From Squalus acanthias (taxonomy: Eukaryota): DNA of 64,000 nt. A program made the translations under genes and the position numbers. The notes beneath the pieces are model-generated. The model was not told the origin of the DNA and did not search any database. It saw only the letters and a program-made list of their open reading frames with translations. Positions 39,230-51,910 of the stretch are shown here, in pieces. The first letter of the stretch is position 1; every line of letters starts with the position of its first letter. The stretch covers positions 6,572,001 through 6,636,000 of the forward strand of contig CM059432.1 of NCBI GenBank assembly GCA_030390025.1, read 5' to 3'.

Positions 39230-39480
39230 AACTGCTGGTTGTCCCATGGCTCTGATTACACCTGCGTTGTTCAGGCGTGGTGGGGTTGTGGAGAGGTGTC
39301 ATCAGTCATATCTGTAGCGGGTATCCTTGTTCCCTAACGGCCATCCTCTGACGTTCTTGGATGGGTGGTAAAGTGTTGGGGTGTGGGGCAGGTGGGGATG
39401 GATGTGTCGCAGGATGAAGGCATCGTGGCAGCTGCCAGTGATACTGTCACAGATTTCCATGATCCTTCTATTCTTCACAC
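39230..39480 (-). pseudogene. Harbinger (HARBI1-type DDE) transposase fragment
   Basis: RIMEICDSITGSCHDAFILR...GWPLGNK...MTPLHNPTTPEQRRCNQSHGTT matches the Harbinger PGSxHDxxIL / GWLLGDxGY / LMTP...YNxxH motifs. Frameshifted. Confidence 0.85.
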
Positions 39481-39545
39481 GCAAATTGATTATCGATAGA
39501 ATGATGACCCTTTCTGTTGGAGGAAAAGTTCCTGACATCCTCTGT

Positions 39546-42500
39546 CATAGAGTCATAAAGGCACAGAAGGAGGCCATTCGAGTCCATGCCAGCTCTCTGT
39601 GGAGCAATCCAGTCAGTCCCATTCCCCCGCTCTATCCCCGGAGCCCTGCAAGTTTATTTCCCTCAAGTCTCCCCTTGAAAACACTGAGTGTCTCCGCTTC
39701 CACCACTTCCGTCGGCAGCGAGTTCCAGGTCCTCACCACTCGCTGCGTAAAAAAGTTTTTCCTCACACCCCCCTGCATCTCTTGCCCAAAACCTTAAATC
39801 TATGTCTCCTAGTCCTTGTACCATCAACTAGTGGGAACAGCCTTTCCCCGTCTAGCCAATCCAAACCCGTCATATTCTTGTACACCTCTATCAAATCACC
39901 CCTCAACCGCCTTTGCTCTAATGAAAACAAATCCAGCTTCTCCAACCTGTCCTTGTAGCTAAGATCCCCAATCCCTGGAACCATTCTGGTAAATCTTCTC
40001 TGCACCCTCTCAAGTGCCTTCACATCCTTCCTGAAGTGCCTTCACATCCTTCCTAAAGTGTGGTGACCAGAACTGGACGCAATATTCCAGTTGTGGCCTA
40101 ACCTGCGCTTTATAAAGGCTCAGCATAACTTCTCTACTTTTGTACTCAATACCTCTATTTATGAAACCCAAGATCCCATATGCTTTGCAAACCACTCTCT
40201 CAATATGTCCTGCCACCTTCAGGGACCTATGCACATTAACTCCCAGGTCCCTCTGTCCCTGCACACTCTTTAAAACTGTGCCATTAAGTGTATATTGCAT
40301 CTCCCTGTTCCTTCTGCCAAAATGCATCACCTCACACTTCCCTGTATTAAATTCCATCTGCCACTTGTCTGCCCATTCTGCTAGCCTTTCTATGTCCTGT
40401 TGCAGTCGATTGGTATCATCCTCACTGTTTGCCACACCCGCAGGTTTGGTGTCATCGGCAAATTTAGAAATTCTACTCTATTCCAATATCCAGATCATAT
40501 CAAAAAAAGCAGTGGCCCCAGCACTGACCCCTGGGGAACACCACTGTCTACCATCCTCCAGTCTGAAAAACAGCCATTTACTACAACTCGCTGCTTTCTG
40601 TTCTTAAGCCAATTCCTTATCCAAGCTGCCACTGCCCCACCTATTCTATGAACCTCAATTTTGTTAACCAGCCTTCTATGTGGTACTTTGTCAAACGTCT
40701 TCCAAAAATCCATGTAGACAACATCCATTGCATTCCGTTCATCAATCCTCCCTGTTATTTAATCAAAAAATACAATTAGATTATTCAAACACGATCTGCC
40801 TTTTACAAATCCGTGTTGGCTCTCCTTAATTAGCTTAAACCTCTGCAAGTGCCCGTTAATTTTTTCCTTGATTATTGTTTCTAAAACTTTACCCACCACT
40901 GATGTTAAACTGACCGGCCTGTAGTTACTAGGATTGTCCTTACACCCGTTCTTGAACAATGGTGTCACATTTGCCACTTTCCAATCCTCAGGCACCTCCC
41001 CGCATCTAGGGAAGATTGGAAAATTATGGCAAGCCCTTCTGCTATCTCCTCCACCAATTCCCTTAGCAACCTGGGATGCTAGCCATCTGGACCAAGAGAC
41101 TTATCCACTGTAAGCATACCCAGCCTTTCTAGTACATCCTGTCTGTCAATTTTCACCCCTTCCATTGCTTCTACCTTTTCCACTTCTACCGATATTTTGT
41201 CAGCATCCACCTCCTTAGTAAACACCAATACAAAGTACTCATTGAGTATTCTAGCCTTGCCCTGCGCCTCTAAGCATATATCACCTTCTTTGTCTCTAAT
41301 AAGCCCCACCCTGCCTCTTTCTACCCACTTACTGTTTACATGCCGGTAGAAGATTTTTGGGTTCCCTTTTATGTTAACCGCCATTCTACTCTCATATTCT
41401 CTCTTTGCCAATCTTCTTTTCATCTTCACTTCCCCTCTCAACTTATTGTATTTGGTCTGGTTCTCCCTTGAAGAATTCACCTGACATGCATCATACACCC
41501 TCTTTTTTTTGTTTCATCATCTTCTCTATCTCCCTTGTCATCCAAGGAGCCCTTGCTTTGGTTCCCTTACACTTCCCTCTTGTTGGAATGTACCTAGCCT
41601 GTACTTGGAACATCTCCTCCTTAAAGATCACCCATTGTTCCGTTACAGTTTTTCCTGTCAGTCTTTGGTTCCATTTTACCCTGGCTAGATGCTTTCGCAT
41701 CCCATTGAAATGAGCCCTATTCAGTTTTGAAGTTCCACGCTAGATTGTTCCTTGCTCCTCGCCATTGCTAATCTAAATCTTATGATACGATGATCACTCG
41801 TACCCAAGTGTTCTCCCACAGACACTTGGTCGACCTGGCCCACCTCATTCCCCAGCACCAGATCCAGTAATGCCTCCTTCCTAGTTGGGCCAAGAACCTA
41901 CTGGTCAAGGAAATTCTCCTGATCACATTTCAGAAATTCCTCCTCCTCCTTTCCCTTTACCCAAGCATTATCTCAATCGATATTTGGGTAATTAAAGACC
42001 CCCAATATCACCACTCTATAGCTCTTGCATATCTCTGCAATTTCCCTGCTCATTTGCTCCTCTACCTCCCTCTCACTATTTGGAGGCCTATAGAATACCC
42101 CCAATAGTGTGATCATACCCTTTTTACTCCACAGTGTCAGCTGTGGCTCAGTTGGTAACTCACTCGCCTTTGAGTCAGAAGGTTGTGGGTTCAAGTCCCA
42201 CTCCAGGGATTTGAGCACATAAAGCTAGGCTGACACTCCACTCCAGTGCAGTGCTGAGGGAGTGCTGCATTGTTGGAGGTGCCGCCTTTCAGATGAGACA
42301 TTAAACCCAGGCCCCGTCTTCTCTCTCAGGTGGACGTAAAAGATCCCATGGTACTATTTCGAAGAAGAGGAGGGGAGTTATCCTGGTGTCCTGGCCAATA
42401 TTTATCCCTCAACCAACATAACAAAAACAGATCATTATCACATTGCTGTTTGTGGGAGCTTGCTGTGTGCAAATTGGCTGCCACGTTTTCCACATTACAA

Positions 42501-42645
42501 CAGTGACTACACTCCAAAAAAGTACTTAATTGACTGTAAAGCGCTTTGAGATGTCCAATGGTCGTGAAAGGCGCTGTATAAATGCAAGGCTTTCTTTCTT
42601 TCTCAACTCTAACCAAATGGATTCTGTCCTTGTCCCCTCAAGAAC
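39546..42645 (-). mobile_element. CR1 LINE ORF2 (APE + RT), frameshifted, with SINE insertion
   Basis: ORFs 41973-42218 (YRPP), 40759-40995, 40495-40728 ([10 protein letters not shown]), 40010-40435 and 39763-40023. A 22-bp tandem duplication lies at 40012-40055. Confidence 0.94.
42133..42600 (+). mobile_element. Full-length Deu-domain tRNA SINE nested in CR1
   Basis: A box tggctcagttgg, B box ggttcaagtcc, Deu-domain and (cttt)n tail. Confidence 0.92.
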
Positions 42646-42939
42646 ATCCTCCCTGACTGTGCACTGCAGACTGGGAGTGCCTGCAGGCGAGTCCCCCCTT
42701 TAAGTCCAGCTTTCAGTCAACATTGGTCAGTTCAGTGGATTATGCGTTTTTCTTTTTTGGAAAATAGGAAAACTTATTACATTTACTTTTACCTCACTGG
42801 TTTAGAAGTGACGACACTCCAGTAGCTGCTGGCAAGACCATGATCGAAAAAGTCAATAGAAGTTGGTCTAAATTGGTAAAGGTTATTTTAATGATGTTTC
42901 GCTGAAGCCCCTCTATATAGATAAGCCAGGACCTAATTG

Positions 42940-43405
42940 AATGTCAGATTGATACCCGGACTCCAGGGGTTAAATTATGAGGATAGATTACACAAACTAG
43001 AGTTATATTCCCGGAATTTAGAAGCTTAAGGGGTGATTTGATTGAACTTTTCAAGATATTAAGGGGAACAGATAGGGTAGATAGAGAGAAACTATTTCCG
43101 CTGGTTGGGGTGTCTTGGACTAGGGGGGCATAGTCTAAAAATTAGAGCCAGGTCTTTCAGGAGTGAAATTGGGAAACCCTTCTACACACAAAGGGTGGTA
43201 GAAGTTTGGAACTCTCTTCCACAAACGTCAGTTGATGCTGGATCAATTGTTAATTTTAAATGGGCGATTGATAGATTTTTGTTAACCAAAGTTATTAAGG
43301 GATAGGGGGCAACGGCGGTTATATGGAGTTAGGTCGCAGATCAGTCATGATCTCATTGAATGACGGAACAGGCTCGAGGGGCTGAATTGCCTACTCATGT
43401 TCCTT
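42940..43405 (+). mobile_element. CR1 3' fragment
   Basis: GHSLKIRARSFR...FYTQRVVEVWNSLP. Confidence 0.85.
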
Positions 43406-44492
43406 CCTTTGTGAAGTGCTCAGCTGGATTTTCTGTACAGGAATCTATTTTGGGTCCATTGGGTCTGGATTTGTAGAATGCAAAACACAGTTTTGTTATA
43501 GTTTGTACACTGCTGTGAAGATTGAAGCTACTTTATGTGATGGCAAATGAAATGTTCCAGAATATTCACAACATGAAAAGTTTCCCAAACCACTAAATTT
43601 GTTGCCCTGAATTTCTCAAGAGGCACCGTGGCACAGTAAGCATGTTTTAAATCAAAAGACATCAAGAATACCTTACATACTAATCAGAGCGTGTTGTGAG
43701 GGAGAAAACTTCAGCGTGGAACAGAAGGTGGCCCGAGGGATTTTTAATGGCACTTTTGATATATGAAAATATACAATAAGTGAAAGTTAAGTATGCTTCT
43801 TCAAAGATTTCTTGAAATAGTTTCTTTTGGGGATCCATATTAAAAGAACTTAAGTCAACACCTGCCATTCATCAAATGTCTCTTCATTAGTTTGCTCCAA
43901 ATCAAGACCAGTGTCTCGAATGTTTGTTTTGCCCCTTAAATAGCTGGTTTGATTTTCATAAATTTAGCATTATAAAGCTTTCAAATAAAATTATTCTGCC
44001 TGCAAAGCTGAAAAACTTCAGTGGTTATAAATGTAAAGACTTGTGTCAACAGGTCAAAGAAATTTGAAATGAGTAATGGATATGGTATTTCATTTTTGAA
44101 ATGTAAACTTTTTAAAATTCAGCTAGATTTCCCTTGTACCAAATTAAATTTCATCATGTTTGCCGTACTCCTCAGAAGGGATTAATAAAAAAAAAAGTGG
44201 AGGGTTTTGCACAAGATGAAGAAGATAAACAAATAATAATTCTTAATGGACATAATTTTAACTCTTTAACATATACATATGCTTTTAGAAATCTCCCTTG
44301 GACAAATGCAGTGCAGTGGCGACTGTGTGCCTGATTGAATTGTTCATCGCGTGTGTTGACCTGAAGTGAACAGGGGTTGAAGAGTTACAGGAGGACTAAT
44401 TCCCCCTGTTCTTGAACACGGCTTTTGTTCAAACGCTTATAATCCTATTTCCTTACAGAGCGTCTTTTATTTCTCTGTCCATTCCTTTCAAA

Positions 44493-44672
44493 ATGCGGAG
44501 ATGCCGGTGTTGGACTGGGGTGGACAAAATTGAGAGGTCGCACAACACCAGGTTGTAGTCCAACAGTTTTATTTGAAATCACAAGCTTTCGGAGCTATCG
44601 ATCGCCCCTTCCTCAGGTGATTTCAAATAAAACTGTTGGACTATAACCTGGTGTTGTGCGACCTCTCAATTT
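44493..44672 (-). mobile_element. Penelope-type fold-back mini-element (family 2)
   Basis: 13-bp TSD cattcctttcaaa (44480-44492 / 44673-44685). 56-bp inverted arms 44527-44582 / 44617-44672 with one mismatch. Confidence 0.9.
44583..44616 (-). ncRNA. Minimal hammerhead ribozyme core closed by a 56-bp stem I
   Basis: CUGAGGA-A-GGGGC-GAUCGAUA-GCUCC-GAAA-GC-UU. Confidence 0.8.
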
Positions 44673-44924
44673 CATTCCTTTCAAATACAGTGTTAGTTTT
44701 GATAAAGCACTTTCTTAAACTGGATTTGCTTTTGTATCTGAACTAAAATTGTTGCAATCTCCACTTTACCATTTATGATGCTGACATTGATTTTTTTTTT
44801 CTTTTGCTGCTCCTGCAGTGCATTTTGCATTTTGGACATTTTGGCAATAAGACCTCTATCAAAGAATCAAATCCTATGGCGCCTCTTTGTGAGGACTTAA
44901 GGACCACTGTAGAGCTATCTTTAA

Positions 44925-45115
44925 AGTAGCAAAATCCTGCGGATGCTGGAAATCCGAAATAACAACAGAAAACGCTGGAAAAACTCAGCAGGCCAGGCAA
45001 CATCCGTGGAGAGAGAAACAGAGTTAGCGTTTCAGGTCGAAGATCTTTCGTCAGAACTGTAAAAAAGCAGGAAATGGAATAGGTTTTAAAGCAGGTTTAG
45101 GGGCGGGGAAATGGG
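44925..45115 (-). mobile_element. Penelope family 1 terminus with mutated hammerhead (45026-45054)
   Basis: Homologous to 5398-5560. The conserved U of the cleavage triplet is changed to C. Confidence 0.8.
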
Positions 45116-45614
45116 TCCTGGTGTAGGGTTGTTCTTTGGATGTACAGTTTAAGACTCTGACTCAGTGATGATTAAATAAGTTATTTTTGTTGCAATAAGT
45201 ACAAATAAATCAGTGTTTGGCCATGGCACTGGGAAAGTGGGCCCCACAACCAAATATTCTTCGGTCTCTTAGTTGACAACTTTAACTTGAATCTCTGACA
45301 TTGGCAACATGTAGAGAGCCTTTCCACTCCAGTGGAGTCCAAATATCTCACAAATCGACTTGAACTTGGAAGTACTACATTAAAGTATGGGCTTTCAAGG
45401 CTTGGTCCACATTCAATCAGTGCATCATTAAACAGATGACAAAGGGAAGCTCATTCACAATTTCTTTGCTCGTACACACTTCTGAAAAGCGTTTGCTTTT
45501 GATCCCAATTAATCATGACTTCAGCGCTTGATCTTGAGCTGCTGTGGGTATCAAGGCACCAAACTTTAAGTTCCCTGATAGTTCATATTTGTAACATCAT
45601 CTTTTAGAGACTTG

Positions 45615-46505
45615 GGGGTAAAAATTCAGTTGGTTGCGCCTCCCGTTAGCGCCTTAAGAGGGCGCTAATGGGGCGCAAAGCCGCTAACACCCGGGCGCAG
45701 CGATGTTTGCGCCGCTCGGGAACTTAACTAGAGATTGTGCTAAACTTTACCGCTGCGACCACCTGCGCGCGCAGATTGTGACGTAATTCCATGGTGCAAC
45801 GCCCTTGTGGCGCCCCGGAGCGGAAATTGAGTGGCGCCCCCTGCCTTACCGCCTGGCGCATCCAACGACCAGAAGACTGGAACGCTATCAATCGCTGTGG
45901 GGCTGGGGGGGGGTGGGGCGCTATTTAAAGGGGGCCTCTTCCTGCCTTTTATTGTTGGTGGCATTTTTGAACTACGCATTCTGAGAGAGAGAGGGAGAGA
46001 CTTCTGGAGAGATTCAACGTTGTGTGAAGGAGTTTTGGGTACTGAGCAGCACTTTGCAGGTTCATTTTGATTTGCCATTCCTTGTATCGATTTAGCAGAG
46101 ACTGTGGGAGCTGCACTCTGAGCTCTTTGCCTGGTACTCTCCATTGTTCTTTCCAGCACATTTGATGTGCAAGTCTCTCCAGGCCGAGATTCAAGGCTGC
46201 AATGAACAGGATGTGGATGGAAAGCAAGATTAACCATCCCCTTTAAGAACTGGCCCGTGCCATTGTGTGTGTGTTCCATTGCTGACTGACATTACATGAG
46301 CTTCGCCAGCGCTCTGAGTTAGCGCCTCACTCCTTGGCCTTTGCGCCTTAAGACAGGTGTGCAGCGCCTGATTTAGCGCTCCACTCACCTCCCGGGGCGG
46401 TAAAAGTGAAGTTTCCAGTCAGTGCCGATAATTAGCGCCAGGCGCTAATATTTGCGTCCAGACGATATTTGCGCCCCAAATGGGGCGCGACCTAATTTTT
46501 CCCCC
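45615..46505 (+). mobile_element. MITE family C
   Basis: TIRs ggggtaaaaatt / aatttttccccc. Perfect TSD TTG (45612-45614 / 46506-46508). Confidence 0.9.
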
Positions 46506-47916
46506 TTGGTGTTAACCACAGATATGCCTGTTTGCTGCTGAAAATGGCCATCAACTTTGAAAAAATATATTGGGAACAAGAAGAACTCAGCTGACTTGTT
46601 TCCTGGACTGTTCCTTTCTTCGGAACGTCGACATTGCTCTTTTTCTTAATTTCCTTTGATTTCCAGTGTGTTACATGCAGTCATTTGTAAGTCTTTGTTC
46701 TCAATGATCATTGCATTCAAATCTAATCTTCGTGTCCTATGGAAAGAGCTCATCATCTCCTTGTGAGGGTAAATTGCTCTTCCTGATCTTGGGTTTCTCC
46801 TTAATGGCCTTGCTACTTAATCAGAGCGACTGATAGCCAAAGGCATATTGCCCTTTGTTGTAGAGACACAAATTGTTCCCAAGAAATCGGTTGCCAGACT
46901 TACAATGCTGATAAAACATTTGTTTTCTGGTATTCATCTAACCAACTGGTTCCATCATTATGCAAGGTTTTTGGCTTCGGAGTAGCTTTAATATGTTCTG
47001 CACTTGAAGCCAAGTTCACTCAGGTTACACGTGGCAGCCTCTCATACTAGGTTTTCATTTGCTGGTTTTATTGTACTTTTGGCACCAGCGGTGTGCCATT
47101 TTTGCTGTGCCTGTGCCAAAATATAAAACTGTTGGCATGGGCTAGTATTAGAAGAATCGAAGGCATCTGAAAGAAGTGGACAAGTTTCCTTTTGCATCAT
47201 AGCATTGGTTACAGTGCACAGCCTACTTTTTAATATGACCTTTTCATTCATTTTTTTTTGCTCAAATCTAGCAGTACAGTGGCCTCTTTGAATTTTTACT
47301 TATTGAAAAAAGTTGACTATCCTGTTTATTTTTTCTTGCCAATTGGAAGAAACTAATGAGTTAGAGGATGGTAAGCAGAATTTTGTACGGGCATTAGCAT
47401 GTATCTGTCTGGCACTCTGCCTTCCCCTATTAAACATTAATGCAAATATGCGAGCTCCTTGTTTGTATAAAGAAAAAAAGGCTGATTTGAGGATGATCTC
47501 GGGACACCCCAAAGCATCTTCCACCCTCCATAAACTTTGAGTTCATCCAAAAGTCTGCTGCCATACCCTAACTCGCACCAAGCCCCGTTCACCCATCGCC
47601 TCTGTTCTCGCTGACCTACATTCGCCCCCGGTCTGGCAACGCCTCAGTTTTAAAATTCCTATCCTTATTTTCAAATCCCTCCATGGCCTTGTCCATCCCT
47701 ATCTCTGTAACCTCCTCCAGCCCTACAACCCTCCGAGATCTCTGCGCTCCTCCAATTCTGGCCTCTTCCGCAGCTCCGATTTTAACCGCTCCGCCATTGG
47801 CGGCCGTTCCTTCAGCTGCCTAGGCCATAAGCTCTGGAATTCCCTCCCTAAACCTCTCCGCCTCTCTACCTCTCTTTTCTTCTTTAAGGCGCTCCTTTAG
47901 AATAATAGAAGAGAAT

Positions 47917-49060
47917 CATAGAATGGTTACAGCACAGAAGGAGGCCATTCGCCCCATCGAGCCTATGCTGGCTCTCTGCAAGAGCACTTCAGCCAGTCCC
48001 ACACCCCCGTAGCCCTGCAAATTTTTTCCCTTCAGGTACTTATCAGACTCCCTTTTGAAAACCATGATTGAATCTGTCTCCACCCCCCTTTCAGGCAGTG
48101 CATTCCAGATCCTAACCACTCGCTGCGTAAAAAAGTTTTTCCTCATTGGTTCTTCTGCCAATCACCTTAAATCTGTGTCCTCTGGTTTTCGACCCTTCCA
48201 CCAATGGGAACAGTTTCTCTCTATCTACTCTGTCTAGACCCCTCATGATTTTGAATACCTCTATCAAATCTCCTCTCAACCTTCTCTGCTCTAAGGAGAA
48301 CAACCCCAGCTTCTCCAGTCTATCCATGTAACTGAAGTCCCTCATCCCTGGAACCATTCTTGTAAATCTTTTCTGCACCCTCGCGAAGGCCTTCACATCC
48401 TTCCTAAAGTGCAGTGCCCAGAATTGGACACACTACTCAAGTTGAGGCCGAACCACTGTTTTATAAAGGTGGTTCATAATTTTCTTGTTTTTGTGCTCTA
48501 TGCCTCCATTTATGAAGCCCAGGATCAACGATTTGTGCGCATATACCCCCAGGTCCCTCTGTTCATGCACCCCCTTTAGAATTGTACCCTTTAGTTTATA
48601 TTGCCTCTTCTCGTTCTTTCGACCAAAATGTATCACTTTGCACTTTTCTGTGTTGAATTTCATCTGCCACATGACTGCCCATTCCACCAGCCTGTTTATG
48701 TCCTCTTGAAGTCTATCACTATCCTCCTCACTGTTTACTGTACTTCCATGTTTTGTGTCATCTGCAAATTTTGAAATTGTGCCCTGTACACCCAAGCCCA
48801 AGTCATTACTATATATCAAGAAAAGCAGTGGTCCTAGTACTGACTCCTGGGGAACTCCAGTCCGAAAAACAACCGTTGACCACGACTCTGTTTCCTGCCA
48901 CTTAGCCAATTTCATATTCATGTTGCCACTGTCCCTTTTATTCCATGGGCTTCAACTTTGCTGGCAAGCTTATTATGTGTCACTTTCTCAAACATCTTTT
49001 AGAAGTCCATGTACAACTCATCAACTGCATTGCCCTCATCAACCCTCTCTGTTCCCGCAT
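47917..49060 (-). mobile_element. CR1 RT/3' fragment
   Basis: GVPQESVLGP, KFADDTK and RRLRGDL. Confidence 0.92.
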
Positions 49061-49080
49061 CTTTAAACTTTTAAACCTAC

Positions 49081-49801
49081 GGGCGTGATCTTGTCAGCCC
49101 TGGGGAGGCGGGTTCAGAGGCAGGACTGCTGGGAAAATGGCAGAATCTGGGGGCGGGTGTCCATCCCGCCTCCATGCCATCTTCCCGGGAGGTGGGTACC
49201 CGACCCATGCCGGGTCCCGTCTCCTGGAGGCAGGAAGGGGATTACAGCCACTTAACTGCCTGTTAACAGGTAGTTAACAGGCAGATAAGAGGATTATCCC
49301 CATTTTACCCACACAAGTGCGGGCTTCCTGAAGGCTGTGAACCCCGCCAGGGTCAGCGAGGCGAGCAGTGGGTCTGCGGGGTGCAGAAGTGCGCTGTGAA
49401 GGTAAGTGATGGGTGCAAGTGTGGAGAGCTAAGTATGTAAGGTGAGTGGAAAGTGATAGAAAATGTTTACTTCCCTTTGTTTCTTTCTGCAGGCTTCAAA
49501 CGTTGGGGCTGCGGAGAGGTTCGCATCTCACTGGCAGAGATGACAGATGGCTGCTGCATTCTCCAATGCAACAACCATCTAATTTCTGCTCACAAAAGAG
49601 GTTTAATGAGTCTTGAATACAAGGACTCATCAAACAACATAGAATGTCAGTGTTTGACAGTGCTTCACAGAGCTGGGCGGGCTTAACAAGGTCAATCAAG
49701 GGAAAATAGCGTGGGTTGGCCAGAAGTCAATGGAGGCGAGACTAAAACCCGACAAGTGGGAGTCCCGCCTCCAAAAGCTCCCCATTGGCAAAGTCCAGCT
49801 C
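49081..49801. mobile_element. MITE family D (Harbinger-type)
   Basis: Perfect TSD TAC (49078-49080 / 49802-49804) within the L2 tail. Imperfect TIRs gggcgtgatcttg / caaagtccagctc. Confidence 0.8.
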
Positions 49802-49934
49802 TACGTCTTTGACCAAGCTTTTGGTCATCTGTCCTAATATCTCCTTATGTGGCTCCTGTGAAGTGCCTTGGGACATTTTACTACGTTAAAGGCGCTATAT
49901 AAATGCAAGTTGTTGTTGTTTACTTTTGAAGAGA

Positions 49935-50266
49935 AGTTACTGTTGTAATGTAGGAAACCTGGCAGCTAATTTGTGCACATTAAGACCCCACAAACAGCAA
50001 TGTAATAATTACCAGATAATCTGTTTTTGTTATGTTGGTTGATGGTTAAATATTGGCCAGGACACCGGGGATAACTCCGCTGCTCTTCTTTGAAATAGGC
50101 CCTCCTGTTTCATCCGAAAGACGGCACCTCTGTCAGTGCAGCACTCCCTCAGTACTGCACTGGAATGCCAGGCTAGATTTTATGCTCAAGTCTCTGGAGT
50201 GGGATTTGAACCCATAATTTTCTGACACAGAGATGAGATTGCTACCAATTGAGCCACAGCTGACAC
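49935..50266 (-). mobile_element. Deu-domain SINE
   Basis: tRNA head and partial Deu-domain on the minus strand. Confidence 0.88.
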
Positions 50267-50734
50267 CTAATGAAATACTTTTGGTATTAGATCAGCAGAT
50301 GAAATATGAAAACCGCATTGGGGAATGATCCTCGTCCTCTCCATTTGTATCTTGTGTTAAATGACTTGAGAATTTACCCAAGTTTTTTTTCTATAATGAC
50401 TTTTAGTTTGAATTTAATTTATTATATATGAGCTTTTTTTATTAGCCCATTTTACTTTTAATTGGAAATTTATGTACAGCTGTGCTTTGAATCCTTGATG
50501 GGTACAGGATCACACGAATTCTGTGCCAAATAGCCTGAGGAGGCAGGTTACTGCTGAACTTGGCACGGACCATGCCACTGTTTTCATGAGCATGAGTTAC
50601 TTTACCCCAAGTTTTGCACCAGGAGTGACCGTGTTGTTCTTTGCTTTGTAGACCTAGGCAGGTCTATTTCAAGTTGGGAATGATCACCCTCAATCTTCAG
50701 GAGAGTAGTCTTTGTTTCAAAAGTCTTGCTTAGA

Positions 50735-51212
50735 GCCAGTGGCTCAGTGGGGAGCACGCTCGCCGCTGAGTCAGAAGGTTGTGGGTTCGAGTCCCAGTCC
50801 AGGGACTAGGATGCAAAAATCTAGGCTGACACTCCCAGTGCAGTGCCGAGGGAGTGCTGCACTGTTGGAGGTGCCGTCTTTTGGATGAGATGTTAAACCG
50901 AGTCCCTGTCTGCCCTCTCGGGTGGACGTAAAAGCTTCCATGGCACAATTTCAAAGAAGAGCAGGGGAGTTTTCCCCGCTGTCCTGGGCCAATATTTATC
51001 CCTTGATCAACTTAACAAAAACAGATGATCTGGTCATTATCACATTGCTGTTTGTGGGAGCTTGCTGTGTGCAAATTGGCTGCTGCCTTTCCTGCATTAC
51101 AACAGTGACTGCACTTTACAGCCAATGAAGTACTTTTTTTTTTTGAAGTGCTTTGGGATGTCCGGTGGTCGTGAAAGGCGCTATATAAATGCAAGTCTTT
51201 CTTTCTTTCTGT
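50735..51212 (+). mobile_element. Full-length Deu-domain tRNA SINE
   Basis: A box tggctcagtgg, consensus B box ggttcgagtcc, Deu-domain and tail. Confidence 0.92.
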
Positions 51213-51379
51213 CTTTCAAGCCAGTGTAACAGCTTTGCACCACAATCCTTCGTGCATCACGAGAGCCCGCGAGGCTCAGTTGATCGGCAGCCGAATTGCC
51301 TGCCCGAGAATCCGAGGTGGAAGATTATATATCAGTTTGCATATGCAGCTTTTGTATACTTTTGTATTCTTTGAAATCA

Positions 51380-51910
51380 AAATTTCTTGTACAGCAAAAA
51401 ATCCTTTTGTTATAACACTACCTTTTGCATTGGCAAATTGGCGAGCTCCGTACTGGTTATCAATCATCTGTACTTTATAAGGTATGATGACCTTCTATCA
51501 TGAGGCCTTACCCTAAATTACTTCTAAAGGTGGTGTCAAAACTTAATTTTAAACAGGAAATTACCGTTCCCTTTTTTCTATCCATCACCTCATTAGTCTT
51601 AGTTGGAATGCAGGCTTCATTATATGGTGTCAAAAGAGTTTCAGCTATGGTGTGGATAAACCTAAACCCATTCATAAAAGCAGGCACCCTTTCATGTTTT
51701 GTGGAGCATGTACCCTTGGATCTGAATTTGCTCAACAATGGCTTGTTGAGTATATTCTGCACAAGAACCTTTGAAGAAGCTGAAGGTTCATTCCACTCGA
51801 TTTGTATCTGCGTTTTGGCTTAATCTGAAGGTTATATTCATGTGATCTGCAGAACCCTCACTTGGAGGAATCCACTTGCTACCAACAAACATTATTCCTA
51901 ACCAAAGATG
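51380..51910 (+). pseudogene. DIRS-type tyrosine recombinase fossil
   Basis: Collinear motifs across frames: QIGELR (51434-51451), RPYPKLLLKVVS...QEITVP (from 51503), KVHSTR (HSTR at 51789-51800) and ICRTLTWRNPLATNKHY (51845-51895). Confidence 0.75.

Larger units (their letters stand above)
47520..49920 (+). mobile_element. L2 3' end, split by a CR1 (47917-49060) and a MITE (49081-49801)
   Basis: Homologous to 6750-7268. Resumes at 49802 (tacgtctttgaccaagc) and ends gttgttgtt. Confidence 0.85.

Noticed and set aside
45898..45918. G-quadruplex-like G runs (also ~11400 and ~13575)
   Set aside because: Low-complexity runs, mostly within MITEs, with no supporting context.
45740..46279. 179-aa ORF and other GC-rich ORFs (8-265, 4194-4598, 10530-10952)
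   Set aside because: They lie within or overlap MITEs and other repeats, and show no recognisable domain.
50735..50810. tRNA-like sequences (also at 42133, 16800, 22300, 54030)
   Set aside because: These are SINE heads that continue into SINE bodies; no complete cloverleaf.
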